From positions 1 to 64,000 of the IMG/VR virus record IMGVR_UViG_3300010368_000009: DNA of 64,000 nucleotides; one strand, 5' to 3'. The notes below the pieces were generated by a model, which was given only the letters and a program-made list of their open reading frames with translations, had not been told where the DNA came from and did not search any database. This DNA comes from a virus. Shown piece by piece: positions 27,797-38,053 of this stretch. How positions within the stretch are numbered: the stretch's first letter is position 1; the number at the start of each line of letters is the position of its first letter. Position numbers and translations under genes: made by a program.

Positions 27797-28165
27797 ATGT
27801 TTGAATGGTTGACTAGAATGAATGCCGAATGGGTTACCAAGGTAGCTAGACCGTTTATAACCACCGTTGGTGCTGCTGAATTGTTGGTGATATGGATAAT
27901 TGTGTGGACAATAATTATTGCATCTCTCATCAACTTACACAAAATACAAAATGGTAACCGACCAATTACAGATGATGGTGATGCCCTCATGGCTATTATA
28001 GTGGGTTATTTTGTTGGCGGTATAATAATGTTTATCATACTGACCGGCGTGTTGTACAGCTTTGTGTTTAGTGTGGCTGGTGTTGTTGGTATTCTATTAT
28101 TGATTTGTATTTTCATGGGTACTGATAGAATAGCTAAAACCTTTATTACTGATAATGATGCTTGA
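27797..28165 (+). CDS. Membrane protein, paralog B
   Basis: MFEWL start; tandem paralog of 27376. Confidence 0.65.
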   Translation: MFEWLTRMNAEWVTKVARPFITTVGAAELLVIWIIVWTIIIASLINLHKIQNGNRPITDDGDALMAIIVGYFVGGIIMFIILTGVLYSFVFSVAGVVGILLLICIFMGTDRIAKTFITDNDA

Positions 28166-28216
28166 CAAATAGTTCTCTCCCGTTTATAAGTTATATCAAC
28201 AACGGGAGAGATTATT

Positions 28217-28621
28217 ATGAAGTATTTTAATCGACTTGTTATTTTGATTGGTGCTATGCTGGTTTCTCTGATGATCGGAGGCGCGCTGGCCATCTTCTAT
28301 CCACTTGATATCACCGAATCCGAACCACTCCCAATGGCACGGATGATTGGTTATGGTTTTGTCGAGTATGGTGAATTCGGTGACCAACCGGAATACCAAA
28401 CACTTGGATCAGTGAATGATACTGATCGATACGGTCGTTTGGATGTTCGTATTGGTGGAACGACTCCAGTAGAATATGTCACCATGGCTCATTGTCGATA
28501 TACCCAAGAAGCGGTGATGATATTGGACCGCCGTCCTGAAGAATATCGTTCCTTTGTTATTTGTTTACGGGTAATACAAAACGAAGATGGTACTTTTCGC
28601 CAACCCCGTATCAATGAATAG
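28217..28621 (+). CDS. Secreted or membrane-anchored hypothetical protein
   Basis: Signal-like N-terminus; promoter and GGGAG RBS. Confidence 0.65.
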   Translation: MKYFNRLVILIGAMLVSLMIGGALAIFYPLDITESEPLPMARMIGYGFVEYGEFGDQPEYQTLGSVNDTDRYGRLDVRIGGTTPVEYVTMAHCRYTQEAVMILDRRPEEYRSFVICLRVIQNEDGTFRQPRINE

Positions 28622-28686
28622 TGTAATTACTACTTGACTAATATTACATCACGTATATAGTAATACAAGTTGAGGGAGAGATTATT

Positions 28687-29817
28687 ATGATGAAAACTTA
28701 TCTGGTTGGCGGCGCTGTCCGTGATAGCATGATGAACCGGAAATCAAAGGACAACGATTTCGTTGTTGTTGGTTCCACTCCTGAACAAATGCTTTCCAAT
28801 GGTTTCACCAAGGTTGGTGCAGACTTTCCAGTCTTCCTTCATCCTGAAACCAAGGACGAATACGCACTGGCACGTCGCGAGCGCAAGACTGGTACGGGCT
28901 ACAACGGGTTTGAAGTTGTCTTTGATCCTTCGGTAACCCTGATCGAAGATTTGGCTCGTCGTGACCTGACCATCAATGCAATCGCTATGGATGACGATGG
29001 CGTGGTTGTTGATCCGTTTAACGGGCAACGTGATATCTATGATCGTGTTCTTCGTCCGGTTAGCCGCGAAGCATTTGCTGAAGACCCGGTTCGTGCTCTT
29101 CGTGTTCTTCGGTTCCTTGCCCGGTTTGGTAACAACTGGAAGATGGCTGATGAACTGGTCGAGCTGCTGGTTGATATGCGTGATTCAGGTGAGTTTGAAC
29201 ATCTGGTCAAGGAACGTGTTCTTGCTGAAATGATGAAGGCGATGTCAGAACCACATTGGTATCTCTTCTTCACCACCAAGATCATGGGTCGGCCACTGTT
29301 TGAAGAAATCATCGAACAGATGGTTCCGGTGAATTTTAAAGTCAACATGGGCCATCTTGACCTGTCACGCGCTGAGTTGATTCAGGTTAAACGAATAAAA
29401 ACCAACAAACATCGTTTTTCGTGTGCCGTTGAAATGGTTCATGGTTTCGAAGACCTGTTGAAGTTCCTGAAGGCATCAACTGCTACACATAATCAAGTCA
29501 AAGCTGACATGGCCATCCAATGTGTACACAGGGTATACTGGGGTGATAAAGTATCCCCGGCGGAAATGGCCAAAATAGCGGTCGATAAACTCGAACTGTT
29601 TGATGATCAAAGTCCGATTTTTCGTTTTGTTCAAAATCATGCTGATAACCAATTGGTATCGATGATGTTGAAAGCACGTGAAAAAGCCATGATGGTCAAA
29701 TTTCATAATGCTATACTGCCGGGTGACACGAACCAAGAAGCGGCACAACGTCTTCATGATTTTAGACTGGCGGTAATGTGTCGGGAAATAGCGAACGCTA
29801 CTGATAATGAAGTGTAA
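28687..29817 (+). CDS. cca: tRNA nucleotidyltransferase (class II CCA-adding enzyme)
   Basis: YLVGGAVRD, DNDFVV, EYALARRERK, DLARRDLTINAIA, EDPVRALR. Confidence 0.92.
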   Translation: MMKTYLVGGAVRDSMMNRKSKDNDFVVVGSTPEQMLSNGFTKVGADFPVFLHPETKDEYALARRERKTGTGYNGFEVVFDPSVTLIEDLARRDLTINAIAMDDDGVVVDPFNGQRDIYDRVLRPVSREAFAEDPVRALRVLRFLARFGNNWKMADELVELLVDMRDSGEFEHLVKERVLAEMMKAMSEPHWYLFFTTKIMGRPLFEEIIEQMVPVNFKVNMGHLDLSRAELIQVKRIKTNKHRFSCAVEMVHGFEDLLKFLKASTATHNQVKADMAIQCVHRVYWGDKVSPAEMAKIAVDKLELFDDQSPIFRFVQNHADNQLVSMMLKAREKAMMVKFHNAILPGDTNQEAAQRLHDFRLAVMCREIANATDNEV

Positions 29818-29821
29818 TACG

Positions 29822-29850
29822 AAAGAGCCGGTGTAAAAACCGGCTCTTTT
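29822..29850. terminator. Bidirectional intrinsic terminator
   Basis: AAAGAGCCGG-tgtaaaaa-CCGGCTCTTT between convergent genes. Confidence 0.75.
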
Positions 29851-29855
29851 GCTTA

Positions 29856-30674
29856 TTATTTTATACCGCGTAATGCACGTGGCCGTCTATCAATGACATA
29901 GTAATCACTTTTTCTATTAAAAATCAACACGTTGTACTGCCAGTAATATTCTTTGGTATCGGTGTGTTTGTTACTAATACTAACATCTGGACGCTTGAGT
30001 CTAAGCTTGATCGCACTCAACATGGATTCTTTATCATAAAAATAATCAATCAAGTCTAATTTATTTTTATTGTTCTTTTTATAAAATCCCCATGACTTCA
30101 TGATATCATACATTTCGCTGATGGTTTCTTTATCAGTCTTGTTTTCAGAAACTTTTGCTTTCTTCTTTGAAACATTTCTCTTCGGTGGAAATTTACGAAG
30201 TTGAGCCTTTACGGTGCCAGTTTCGTTTTCATCATCCGAACCCCAATGTGCAACATCAATACGACCATGACGATCTAGTTTTGCGGATTCATTAACAACA
30301 TCTTCAAAAACATCATCAGTGTCTTCCGGCTTTGCTAACAATGAGGCAAAACCGCTGCGTCTCATATACATACCAATGATGCTATCTACTGCATCTTCAG
30401 CTCTATCATAACCCATGTTCTCATGATAAAATTCAGCGGTTTGTCTTGCTGCTTCTTCAATGTTCTCTGGATTAACTGCACCAAGATCACTCAACGCACC
30501 ATTCATGTAATCCATGGCAGCTGTCCAATCAGATGAACCCCAATCTTCAACCAATTCGTTTTCAACAATCCGATTCAGTTTCTTAGAAGTGACAGGGCCA
30601 GTATCACCACGTGATGTCGGTTTAATCGAACCATCTAGAATACCATTGAGATTTTTAGATGTAGGCTTACGCAT
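29856..30674 (-). CDS. Hypothetical protein, likely virion-associated
   Basis: Start overlaps the upstream stop; multiple (V/L)xE sites. Confidence 0.55.
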   Translation of the reverse strand: MRKPTSKNLNGILDGSIKPTSRGDTGPVTSKKLNRIVENELVEDWGSSDWTAAMDYMNGALSDLGAVNPENIEEAARQTAEFYHENMGYDRAEDAVDSIIGMYMRRSGFASLLAKPEDTDDVFEDVVNESAKLDRHGRIDVAHWGSDDENETGTVKAQLRKFPPKRNVSKKKAKVSENKTDKETISEMYDIMKSWGFYKKNNKNKLDLIDYFYDKESMLSAIKLRLKRPDVSISNKHTDTKEYYWQYNVLIFNRKSDYYVIDRRPRALRGIK

Positions 30675-31272
30675 TAAACTCTTCCTCGTCTTGTTCTTCT
30701 TTGCTAATAGGACCGGGTTTATTACCGGCTTCACGTTCACGGCGACGTTTCATTGTTCCGGGCACTGATTCACCAAGGGCGTCAGCAATATTAAAATCTT
30801 CATCATCGGTATCAACCGTGTGAGTATTACCGCCAGCCATCCCGTCATCATACGTTTTACCCTCAGTTTCTAGGAAACGTATAATTAATTCCATATACTG
30901 TTCGCGTGAAATTGTGCCGCGCATTTCTTCAACAAGCCGGTCGCCGCGCGCTTTGGCGTCATCTAGTGATGCATAACCGCGTGATGCACTCTTTGGTCCA
31001 ATCTGAACATACCATTCCTCATCGAACAACAATACGGCTAAATGTTCAATTTGTCTCACTGCCGATGGCATCGGTTTACCATCACTACCGATATCCAATG
31101 TCTGTTTCATTGCCTCACTCATGCTACTGAATGGCCCACGTATATCTTGTCCTTCGGGTTTGTCCGCGAAATAGATATAATAACCGGGTTGAGAATTAGC
31201 ACCACCATCGTGTTCTGGCCGTTCTTGTTCAAATAGGATTGAATTTAATTTACTGCGAAACATATCGGTCAT
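30667..31272 (-). CDS. Hypothetical late protein (...ILFE N-terminus)
   Basis: AAGGA RBS; ATAAATA upstream on the minus strand (~31302). Confidence 0.65.
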   Translation of the reverse strand: MTDMFRSKLNSILFEQERPEHDGGANSQPGYYIYFADKPEGQDIRGPFSSMSEAMKQTLDIGSDGKPMPSAVRQIEHLAVLLFDEEWYVQIGPKSASRGYASLDDAKARGDRLVEEMRGTISREQYMELIIRFLETEGKTYDDGMAGGNTHTVDTDDEDFNIADALGESVPGTMKRRREREAGNKPGPISKEEQDEEEFNA

Positions 31273-31331
31273 GAGTTATTCCTTGAGAAACGGGTTTGGT
31301 TTATTTATGCCTGTCATATGATAAGGGTGAT

Positions 31332-31796
31332 ATGAAACCATCCATTCAACAACATCTTCTTTCGCTCAACGATGATGAACCATCTCATATGGTTACATTA
31401 ACTCTTGAATCACCCGACAAGATAAATGATGTGGTCAAATGGAATCATACAATCTGTAACGAATACACCACCCATACTAATCATGTTGCCAATATCATAA
31501 AGAGAACTTCGGGACTGCGCAACCAAAATATAAAAATGTTGGTGACGCGCGAAACACATGATAAGTATGAAAACATCAAACCCGTCCACTACCATGGATT
31601 ACTGTTTCTTACTGAAGACCAAACCATCATATTCGATAGTAAAACACCCATCGTCAAACAACTGCTGTGTAACAAATTCAAAAATGATTTTCCAAATTGT
31701 CAGACCGATATCAGAAAACTCGTAAATTCAGATCGTGCAATATCGTATGTCCTTAAAGATGTGAACAATCACATCGAATGTGTCTTCCTCTCGTAA
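31332..31796 (+). CDS. HUH-superfamily endonuclease (Rep-like)
   Basis: Motif I MVTLTL, motif II HYHGLLF, motif III YVLKD, in the correct order. Confidence 0.65.
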   Translation: MKPSIQQHLLSLNDDEPSHMVTLTLESPDKINDVVKWNHTICNEYTTHTNHVANIIKRTSGLRNQNIKMLVTRETHDKYENIKPVHYHGLLFLTEDQTIIFDSKTPIVKQLLCNKFKNDFPNCQTDIRKLVNSDRAISYVLKDVNNHIECVFLS

Positions 31797-31968
31797 ATCC
31801 CCCATGTTCAAATTCCACCACTAGGCAATGTCGGGTGGAATTTACCCCGCAATATCAAATACTTAGTGTTATGTGGATCGCCCATAACAGATGATAGGGT
31901 AATGGTTAAACGCTATACATCCTTTAAGTGACCAGTTTTTGATAAATACTATAAAAGGTGATTATCAA

Positions 31969-33192
31969 ATGACTACAAAGGTTCCCGGTACATTAATAAT
32001 CGACGGTTCTATCACGAGTACTCAACTCGGAACGGCCAGTGTCACATCTACAAAGGTTGGCACAGGTGCTATCGTCGAAGCAGCGTATGCCGCTACCAGT
32101 ATTCCAACAGCGGCATATAAAGTCGGTTCGGTAAATGATGTTGCATTAGGAGCATCCGCTGTAACCAGTGCTAAGATAGCCGCAGCTGCAATTATTGAAA
32201 ACCATTATGGTGCAGTATCTATCCCATCGGGTGCATATAAGATTGGTTCTATTGGAACTACCGCTTTAGCAGATCGGGCTGTTACTCAAATCAAACATGC
32301 ATTATTATCTGTTGGCACCCCTGAATTGATAGACGGTAGTGTGACGCGTTTGAAACTGGCAGCAAGTGCGGTTGGCACGACTGAGATAGAAGATTTCTCA
32401 ATAACCCCTACCGATTATGTAAAGGGCACGAAGGGTGATATCTTTGTGGCTACAGAAACTGATGGAACATGGACACGTGTACCAGTTGGAACCGCTGATT
32501 CGGTATTAGCGGTAAAGAATGGTTTACCTACATGGTCTGGTAACATTTTACCGGCAGGTGTTATGATGGATTATTGTGGAATTGCTGCACCGAGTGGATG
32601 GGTATTAGCGAATGGTCGAACGATTGGTAATGCCGCCTCTGGTGCAACGGGACGAGCAAACGCTGATACGAGCGCATTGTTTACTGTGTTGTGGGATAAC
32701 TTTGCTGATGCTCAAGCTGCCGTTTCTGGTGGCCGTGGTGCTTCGGCTACAGCAGACTTTAGTGCGAATAAGACAATCGCCTTACCGGACCTTAGAGGGC
32801 GTATGAGTGCTGGTCGTGATAATATGGAAGCCACGTCTACTAATCGTCTAACAACGGCTACAGCGACCGCTGGTGGTAATGTGTTGGGTGCTTCTGGTGG
32901 TAGTGAAACTCATATTCTAACAGCTGCCCAATTACCGGCTCATAAGCATTACACGGTTACGGACAATGGTATTGACCAAGACCTAGCGAGTGGTGCAACA
33001 TCGGCTTTCCCTTCTACGACCTTATCAATCCATCGTCGTGGTTCGGGTAGTGATAGAAACTATGTATTGTTTGCTGATGGTGCACATCCAACCTTGACCC
33101 CAACCAAGTCACCAACATCCGTGATTGGTTCTGGTACAGCACATAGTAACATGTCGCCATTTCTGGTAGTTAGCAAGATTGTGAAATTATAA
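31969..33192 (+). CDS. Tail fibre protein with phage tail-collar domain
   Basis: Repeats of G(S/A)VTxxK; PAGVMMDY...APSGWVLANG...LPDLRGR; H-x-LT...QLPAHKH; AHSNMSPF. Confidence 0.85.
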   Translation: MTTKVPGTLIIDGSITSTQLGTASVTSTKVGTGAIVEAAYAATSIPTAAYKVGSVNDVALGASAVTSAKIAAAAIIENHYGAVSIPSGAYKIGSIGTTALADRAVTQIKHALLSVGTPELIDGSVTRLKLAASAVGTTEIEDFSITPTDYVKGTKGDIFVATETDGTWTRVPVGTADSVLAVKNGLPTWSGNILPAGVMMDYCGIAAPSGWVLANGRTIGNAASGATGRANADTSALFTVLWDNFADAQAAVSGGRGASATADFSANKTIALPDLRGRMSAGRDNMEATSTNRLTTATATAGGNVLGASGGSETHILTAAQLPAHKHYTVTDNGIDQDLASGATSAFPSTTLSIHRRGSGSDRNYVLFADGAHPTLTPTKSPTSVIGSGTAHSNMSPFLVVSKIVKL

Positions 33193-34115
33193 TGTATATT
33201 AAAGATTTATTTGAAGCGTATACTGCGACTGAAGGACAGGACATTATTCAGAATGTTTCTAATTTTCTAGAATGGCGTGAAGGTATCATTCCTGAAGTTC
33301 GGGAATTGCGTAATAGATATATGGCTGAGTTGAGTGCCCATCGTGAAACCGTCAAGGCAGACAATGATGCCAAGCGTGCACATAATGCGGATGCTAAGCA
33401 GACCAAGGCAGCAACCGGTGAGAAGCCTGACAAGTATGAAGGTTTAACTAAGGAAGAACGCCGAACGCCTAATTTTTATTCCCAACCATTGGAGAATCGG
33501 ATAGCCCGTTATGGTCGTGTTGGTATTGCATTTATTAGTAGTGCTGAAGGCGGTGAGTATTGTGGCCGTACTGAGTTACCGGGACTTGGATCATTCAATT
33601 GTTATAATGGAATGTATTCGGCTTTATCTTATTCTGGGTCACCGGGACAATTCACCTTATTGAATTCGAATGCGTTTAGTGTATTATTTCACGAATGGTG
33701 GCATTCGACACAATCGGTATTTGATGATCAGAAGATACCGCATGGTAAATTGATTCATGAAATTGAAGCGGTTGTTGCAACCTCGTTGGCCAAGTTTGTT
33801 GCCACGATGTTACAACAAGGGAATGGGAATGCGGCTGGATTTATGAAGAAGCGTGGGTTCAGAGATGATTATGGTCATTTCGTCAGAGAATTTTTACCGG
33901 ACAGGTTATCGTTTGTGAAGAACATATTATCCCATACGGGTGGTGGCAGTGATCCGGGTGCGTATATAACCCAAGACAAGGGTCGGGCGATGGCGATTCA
34001 TAAAATGTTCTTTGCATATTTCAGAGCATTTTATCGGGGTGAGTATCATGAGGGTATGAATTTCCCTGCGGATTATTGGAAAGATCGCGAGGGTCGAACC
34101 AGAGGGAAGCACTAA
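33192..34115 (+). CDS. HEXXH metallopeptidase-like protein, MYIKDLFE N-terminus
   Basis: LFHEWWH...HEIEA. Confidence 0.6.
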   Translation: MYIKDLFEAYTATEGQDIIQNVSNFLEWREGIIPEVRELRNRYMAELSAHRETVKADNDAKRAHNADAKQTKAATGEKPDKYEGLTKEERRTPNFYSQPLENRIARYGRVGIAFISSAEGGEYCGRTELPGLGSFNCYNGMYSALSYSGSPGQFTLLNSNAFSVLFHEWWHSTQSVFDDQKIPHGKLIHEIEAVVATSLAKFVATMLQQGNGNAAGFMKKRGFRDDYGHFVREFLPDRLSFVKNILSHTGGGSDPGAYITQDKGRAMAIHKMFFAYFRAFYRGEYHEGMNFPADYWKDREGRTRGKH

Positions 34116-34837
34116 TGGGTAATATCAAGCGGCGTGTGAACATCATTCTTACTGAAGACGTGAGTGATGGTATGACGGTAAGGATGACACATGATGAATG
34201 TGTTGTTTACCGTACTGTGTCATTGATTGGTAGTGGAATAATGGAATTCATTTCTGGTGTTGCGACAACAGTAAAAGATAATACTACATCGGTTAATGAC
34301 AAGGTAATCTTTATAAAGGAACCATTGTTTGTTAGTGGGGTTCGGCGTGAAGGATATGATGAAGCATTACAAGCTGATATTTCATCCATTCCTGAAGTCA
34401 AGTTGAGCAAGGGTTATGTTTATTTGTCATATGATGGTAATGGTGAACCTTATATGTTTGAAGCCATCATTGGTGAGAGGACAATGGATTTCACTATTAT
34501 TGATAATATCGAAACTCCACAAATATTATTAACGCTTGATAAAGGTATCAACCCGAAAGAGATTATCAAGCGTGTTGCCCATAGTCTCGATACTACAGCG
34601 GTTATACCGGGCAATGGTAGTGAACCAGATAAGCCTATTGGTATGTTGAGTGATAAGACCAAGATGATGGGTGCAAAGAAGACTGTGATATATCATGGTG
34701 TGCCCGTGAATATTGTTAGTACTATTTTTAAAGCTGGCGGTGAATATAAGTTACGCATTACGGCGACCTTAGCGTATTCGGCTGGCACCGCTGATGTGGT
34801 TCGTTCTGCTATTACTGCGATACGGTCAGTCATATGA
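34115..34837 (+). CDS. Hypothetical late protein
   Basis: TAATG coupling; IILTE near the N-terminus. Confidence 0.6.
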   Translation: MGNIKRRVNIILTEDVSDGMTVRMTHDECVVYRTVSLIGSGIMEFISGVATTVKDNTTSVNDKVIFIKEPLFVSGVRREGYDEALQADISSIPEVKLSKGYVYLSYDGNGEPYMFEAIIGERTMDFTIIDNIETPQILLTLDKGINPKEIIKRVAHSLDTTAVIPGNGSEPDKPIGMLSDKTKMMGAKKTVIYHGVPVNIVSTIFKAGGEYKLRITATLAYSAGTADVVRSAITAIRSVI

Positions 34838-35859
34838 TTACGCGTTCGGTTCTTCAGTCTATTTTATTAGAGGGTGATTTTGATTGGGATGCCATTGAGC
34901 GTGGTATCATTCAGGTTCATGATCTATCCGAGTTGTTACCATTGATACCAGAAAACAGATTCATGTCTGTCTGGTGGAATGTTAAAACGCGTGAGTGTTG
35001 GGCGCATACGATTGCTATACGTGTACACCATACGCAGATGGCACCATTCGTTGATAATACGATCAAGGACAAGTTGACGGTTGATTATGATATAGCGACC
35101 ATTAATAAGATGTTTGGTAATGGTTGGGTTCGGGTAAGTCTTGGATATAACAATGATCGCATAACAGATGATGCTGTATCGCTGTGCATCCATCATTCTG
35201 ACATGGGATACATCAAACGTACTGGTCGCGTCTTTGGTCCATTGTTCCGCGTTATCAATGATCTTGTTTTAGAGACATCCATGACTGGTTATACGGTGAT
35301 TGATGATCAGGATGATATTAGTGCATTTATTTCCAGTGGTAAGCTACCGCGTCGTATGCCTGCTCTTACAGAATCTGATGATGGTCAATATGATGGTCGT
35401 AGTGGTTGGGTTTCCATAGAGAAATTTCCAATTACTCGTGAGGGTAAGTTTTGGATGAATGCTACTACGGGCGTCATATATATGTGGCATGATTCTCGGA
35501 TTGAGCATTCGGGGATAGCGAGTGATTTAGATAATCGAGTTGATTCGACAACGAGTCCTTGGGATGATGCAGTTTTGGATGCGATGTTTGGTTTCAAGTG
35601 GGTTCGTGGACTTATGTGGCAGAATGATGATGGCACCACTATTGGTTTGCATGGTGATTCATTACCGATACGCAAATCAATGAAGGTGTTTGAAGATCAA
35701 TTCAGTAAGATGATTGATGTTTATACATTGGATTTACGTATTACTGGTAATGTGAAAGGTGTTCGTTTCTACAAGAACGAGAGCGTTGATGCTATTCCTC
35801 TCTTTATAAAACGAGGCATTATACCACGACCAGACATGATGCGTGAAGACATCAGCTAA
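34834..35859 (+). CDS. Hypothetical protein with duplicated H...GWVR domain
   Basis: Two internal repeats (HHTQ...MFGNGWVR; EHSG...MFGFKWVR) separated by LTE. Confidence 0.65.
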   Translation: MITRSVLQSILLEGDFDWDAIERGIIQVHDLSELLPLIPENRFMSVWWNVKTRECWAHTIAIRVHHTQMAPFVDNTIKDKLTVDYDIATINKMFGNGWVRVSLGYNNDRITDDAVSLCIHHSDMGYIKRTGRVFGPLFRVINDLVLETSMTGYTVIDDQDDISAFISSGKLPRRMPALTESDDGQYDGRSGWVSIEKFPITREGKFWMNATTGVIYMWHDSRIEHSGIASDLDNRVDSTTSPWDDAVLDAMFGFKWVRGLMWQNDDGTTIGLHGDSLPIRKSMKVFEDQFSKMIDVYTLDLRITGNVKGVRFYKNESVDAIPLFIKRGIIPRPDMMREDIS

Positions 35860-36310
35860 TTTTATCACCACCGGATATATAACCTTTTTCCAGAAATGCA
35901 TTCAGTGCTTTGTCTTCTAGTAGATAGACATCGATATCATCATGGTTAACGCCAAGCCGTTTCACAATAATCAAATGGATGATTGGGGATTTTGATTGAA
36001 TCCATTGTGCGGTGGAATGAATTACTTTTTTATCGGTGCCTTCGATACGTATTTTTTCATCACTTGCTATTGTATTGGTGAATATTTTTGTCCAGCCTTG
36101 ATTTAGAGCATTATAACATAATTCATTATCATCATCCGTGAAGTGTAAATCAAAGTGTTCTTGGTTGTTTCTAATTAGTTCTGCAAATGAGTCTTTGTGT
36201 GCTGATGGTATTATTATTCCTTTATCAATATTACATAATAGTTGTCTGTATGATAATATAGAATAGGTTTCCATATTGGGTAGATTGTCTTCGAAGAGAT
36301 TCATAATCAT
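35852..36310 (-). CDS. Hypothetical protein, H...GWxK family
   Basis: GGAGG RBS; paralogous to 36327-36830. Confidence 0.6.
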   Translation of the reverse strand: MIMNLFEDNLPNMETYSILSYRQLLCNIDKGIIIPSAHKDSFAELIRNNQEHFDLHFTDDDNELCYNALNQGWTKIFTNTIASDEKIRIEGTDKKVIHSTAQWIQSKSPIIHLIIVKRLGVNHDDIDVYLLEDKALNAFLEKGYISGGDKIS

Positions 36311-36326
36311 AATAATCCTCCGGTTC

Positions 36327-36830
36327 TTAGACCGGTGATGGCGCGGGGGTTTGGCCGCTATCACAAAAGGATTTTAATGATCCATCATGATGATGTAGAG
36401 TGTGTACTACTCTACTGCTATCATCTTTGCTTTGTCTGATTATAATAGACAGGGTTAATATGATAACTTTAGAATTGATCCATTGTGCGGTTTGTATTAG
36501 GTCATCTATGTTGACGCCTTCGATTGATGAATGAATGTGTGGTTTGTTGATATCGATTAAGACTCTGACTGCACCACGTTTCATCGCCGCATATAGGATT
36601 GGTCCGTAATATTCTGGTATTTCCGTTCTTCGGAATTTTTTTGTTATTTTGAAATATTTTTGATCAAGTAGTACCACCCGTGAATGGCTTAAGGTGGGTG
36701 GATATGCTGGCACGGTGCAGCATTCATTGGCTTTTGGAAGATGCCATATTCTAGACGTTTCGCGGCTCTTTCCGAGTGCGATTTTATCGTCTTTTATAAT
36801 CAATGGCTTATGTGACTTATCAAAAATCAT
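36327..36830 (-). CDS. Hypothetical protein, paralog of 35852-36310
   Basis: Shared IEG...TAQWI.SK motif; ATAAATA upstream. Confidence 0.6.
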   Translation of the reverse strand: MIFDKSHKPLIIKDDKIALGKSRETSRIWHLPKANECCTVPAYPPTLSHSRVVLLDQKYFKITKKFRRTEIPEYYGPILYAAMKRGAVRVLIDINKPHIHSSIEGVNIDDLIQTAQWINSKVIILTLSIIIRQSKDDSSRVVHTLHHHDGSLKSFCDSGQTPAPSPV

Positions 36831-37210
36831 AGTTATATATTTATTATTCCGGTGTATGTCTCTTACGAATGCCTGTAATTATCATATGATAATCATGTTG
36901 GCGACCTTTATGTAAGCCCAACGAGGCCATGAAGAAATCGAATTAGGCAGCGATTGAAATACCCTTGGTCTTCCCTTTGTTAGATTTGTGGTTGGTAGAC
37001 CCACATCGTGTTGTGCCTGCAACAAGCTCATGCAATAGACGGACTTCATTGTTAAGATGTGAGTATGAGTTCGATTGTGATATTGTGTTAGTATGTTAGT
37101 GTTGAACATCAGCCGTCAAGACCTTAGATAAGAAAACGGGTTTCATTTTTCTGATGTTCAAACACGCCTTGACTACTAGCATTTATTATGACTAAATATC
37201 CACTGGTTAT

Positions 37211-37295
37211 GGGGATATGGTGGAACTGGTAGACACGACAGATTCAAAATCTGTTGCCGCAAGGCGTGGGGGTTCGATTCCCTCTATCCCTACCA
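37211..37295 (+). tRNA. tRNA-Leu(CAA)
   Basis: Loop TTCAAAA, V arm, ACCA end. Confidence 0.93.
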
Positions 37296-37311
37296 ACAAA
37301 GGAAGAATGAT

Positions 37312-37509
37312 ATGAAACTTATTGCAACTGGTAATGTGTTTATGGGCCATGCCGACCACGTAAAAGACTGTGTTGTTATCTTACCTGCATCATTGGTCTT
37401 TACTGATATTATTGCTTATGGCGGTGCGGGTGATTCGGTAACAGATGATATTTTGGTAATTGGCGATGCTGGTATCTTATATCCCATTAAAGATGATATA
37501 AATTCATAA
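37312..37509 (+). CDS. Hypothetical protein
   Basis: AGGA RBS. Confidence 0.5.
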   Translation: MKLIATGNVFMGHADHVKDCVVILPASLVFTDIIAYGGAGDSVTDDILVIGDAGILYPIKDDINS

Positions 37510-37517
37510 ATAAACCC

Positions 37518-37904
37518 ATGAATGTTCAATCTTTACAATACCGATTTCTTAAAGTCGATGAATTCAAAAAGCGCGATTTACCATTGCCTCGATTTTATGA
37601 TGGTGTTCATGATCATCATAATAATGAAACCTTTGGTGAATTTATTTGTATTACCCCTGACTTTGATTGGGATCATAAGGTTTCAAAAGAGATATATGGT
37701 GTCATCACTTATGGAATATATAATAATGAAGAAACCATTATTAAGATGATAGAAACCAATGAGATATATCGTGGTCTTGGTATTGCTGCTGAGATGGTCA
37801 GTCAGCTTTCATTGAGACATAAGACTAAAATTGTAATGAGTCACACGACTGAAGATGGTGCCAAGTTGGTAGATTTTCTGAATGCAAATGGTTTTGAATT
37901 ATAA
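37518..37904 (+). CDS. GNAT-family acetyltransferase
   Basis: YRGLGIA acetyl-CoA motif, TEDG. Confidence 0.7.
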   Translation: MNVQSLQYRFLKVDEFKKRDLPLPRFYDGVHDHHNNETFGEFICITPDFDWDHKVSKEIYGVITYGIYNNEETIIKMIETNEIYRGLGIAAEMVSQLSLRHKTKIVMSHTTEDGAKLVDFLNANGFEL

Positions 37905-37942
37905 TTGACAAGCTTCAATTATTAATCTATAAGTACAGTATT

Positions 37943-38034
37943 GGATGGGTGACCGAGAGGCTTAAGGTGCTCGCCTGCTAAGTGAGTGAGCGATGAAAAT
38001 TGTTCCGAGGGTTCGAATCCCTCCCCATCCGCCA
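37943..38034 (+). tRNA. tRNA-Ser(GCT)
   Basis: Loop CTGCTAA, long V arm, GCCA end. Confidence 0.93.
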
Positions 38035-38053
38035 AGCTTCACGAGTTCCCTTC

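Noticed and set aside
29856-31272. Programmed frameshift joining the two overlapping minus-strand ORFs
   Set aside because: ATG at 30674 overlaps the upstream stop, so ordinary translational coupling explains the layout
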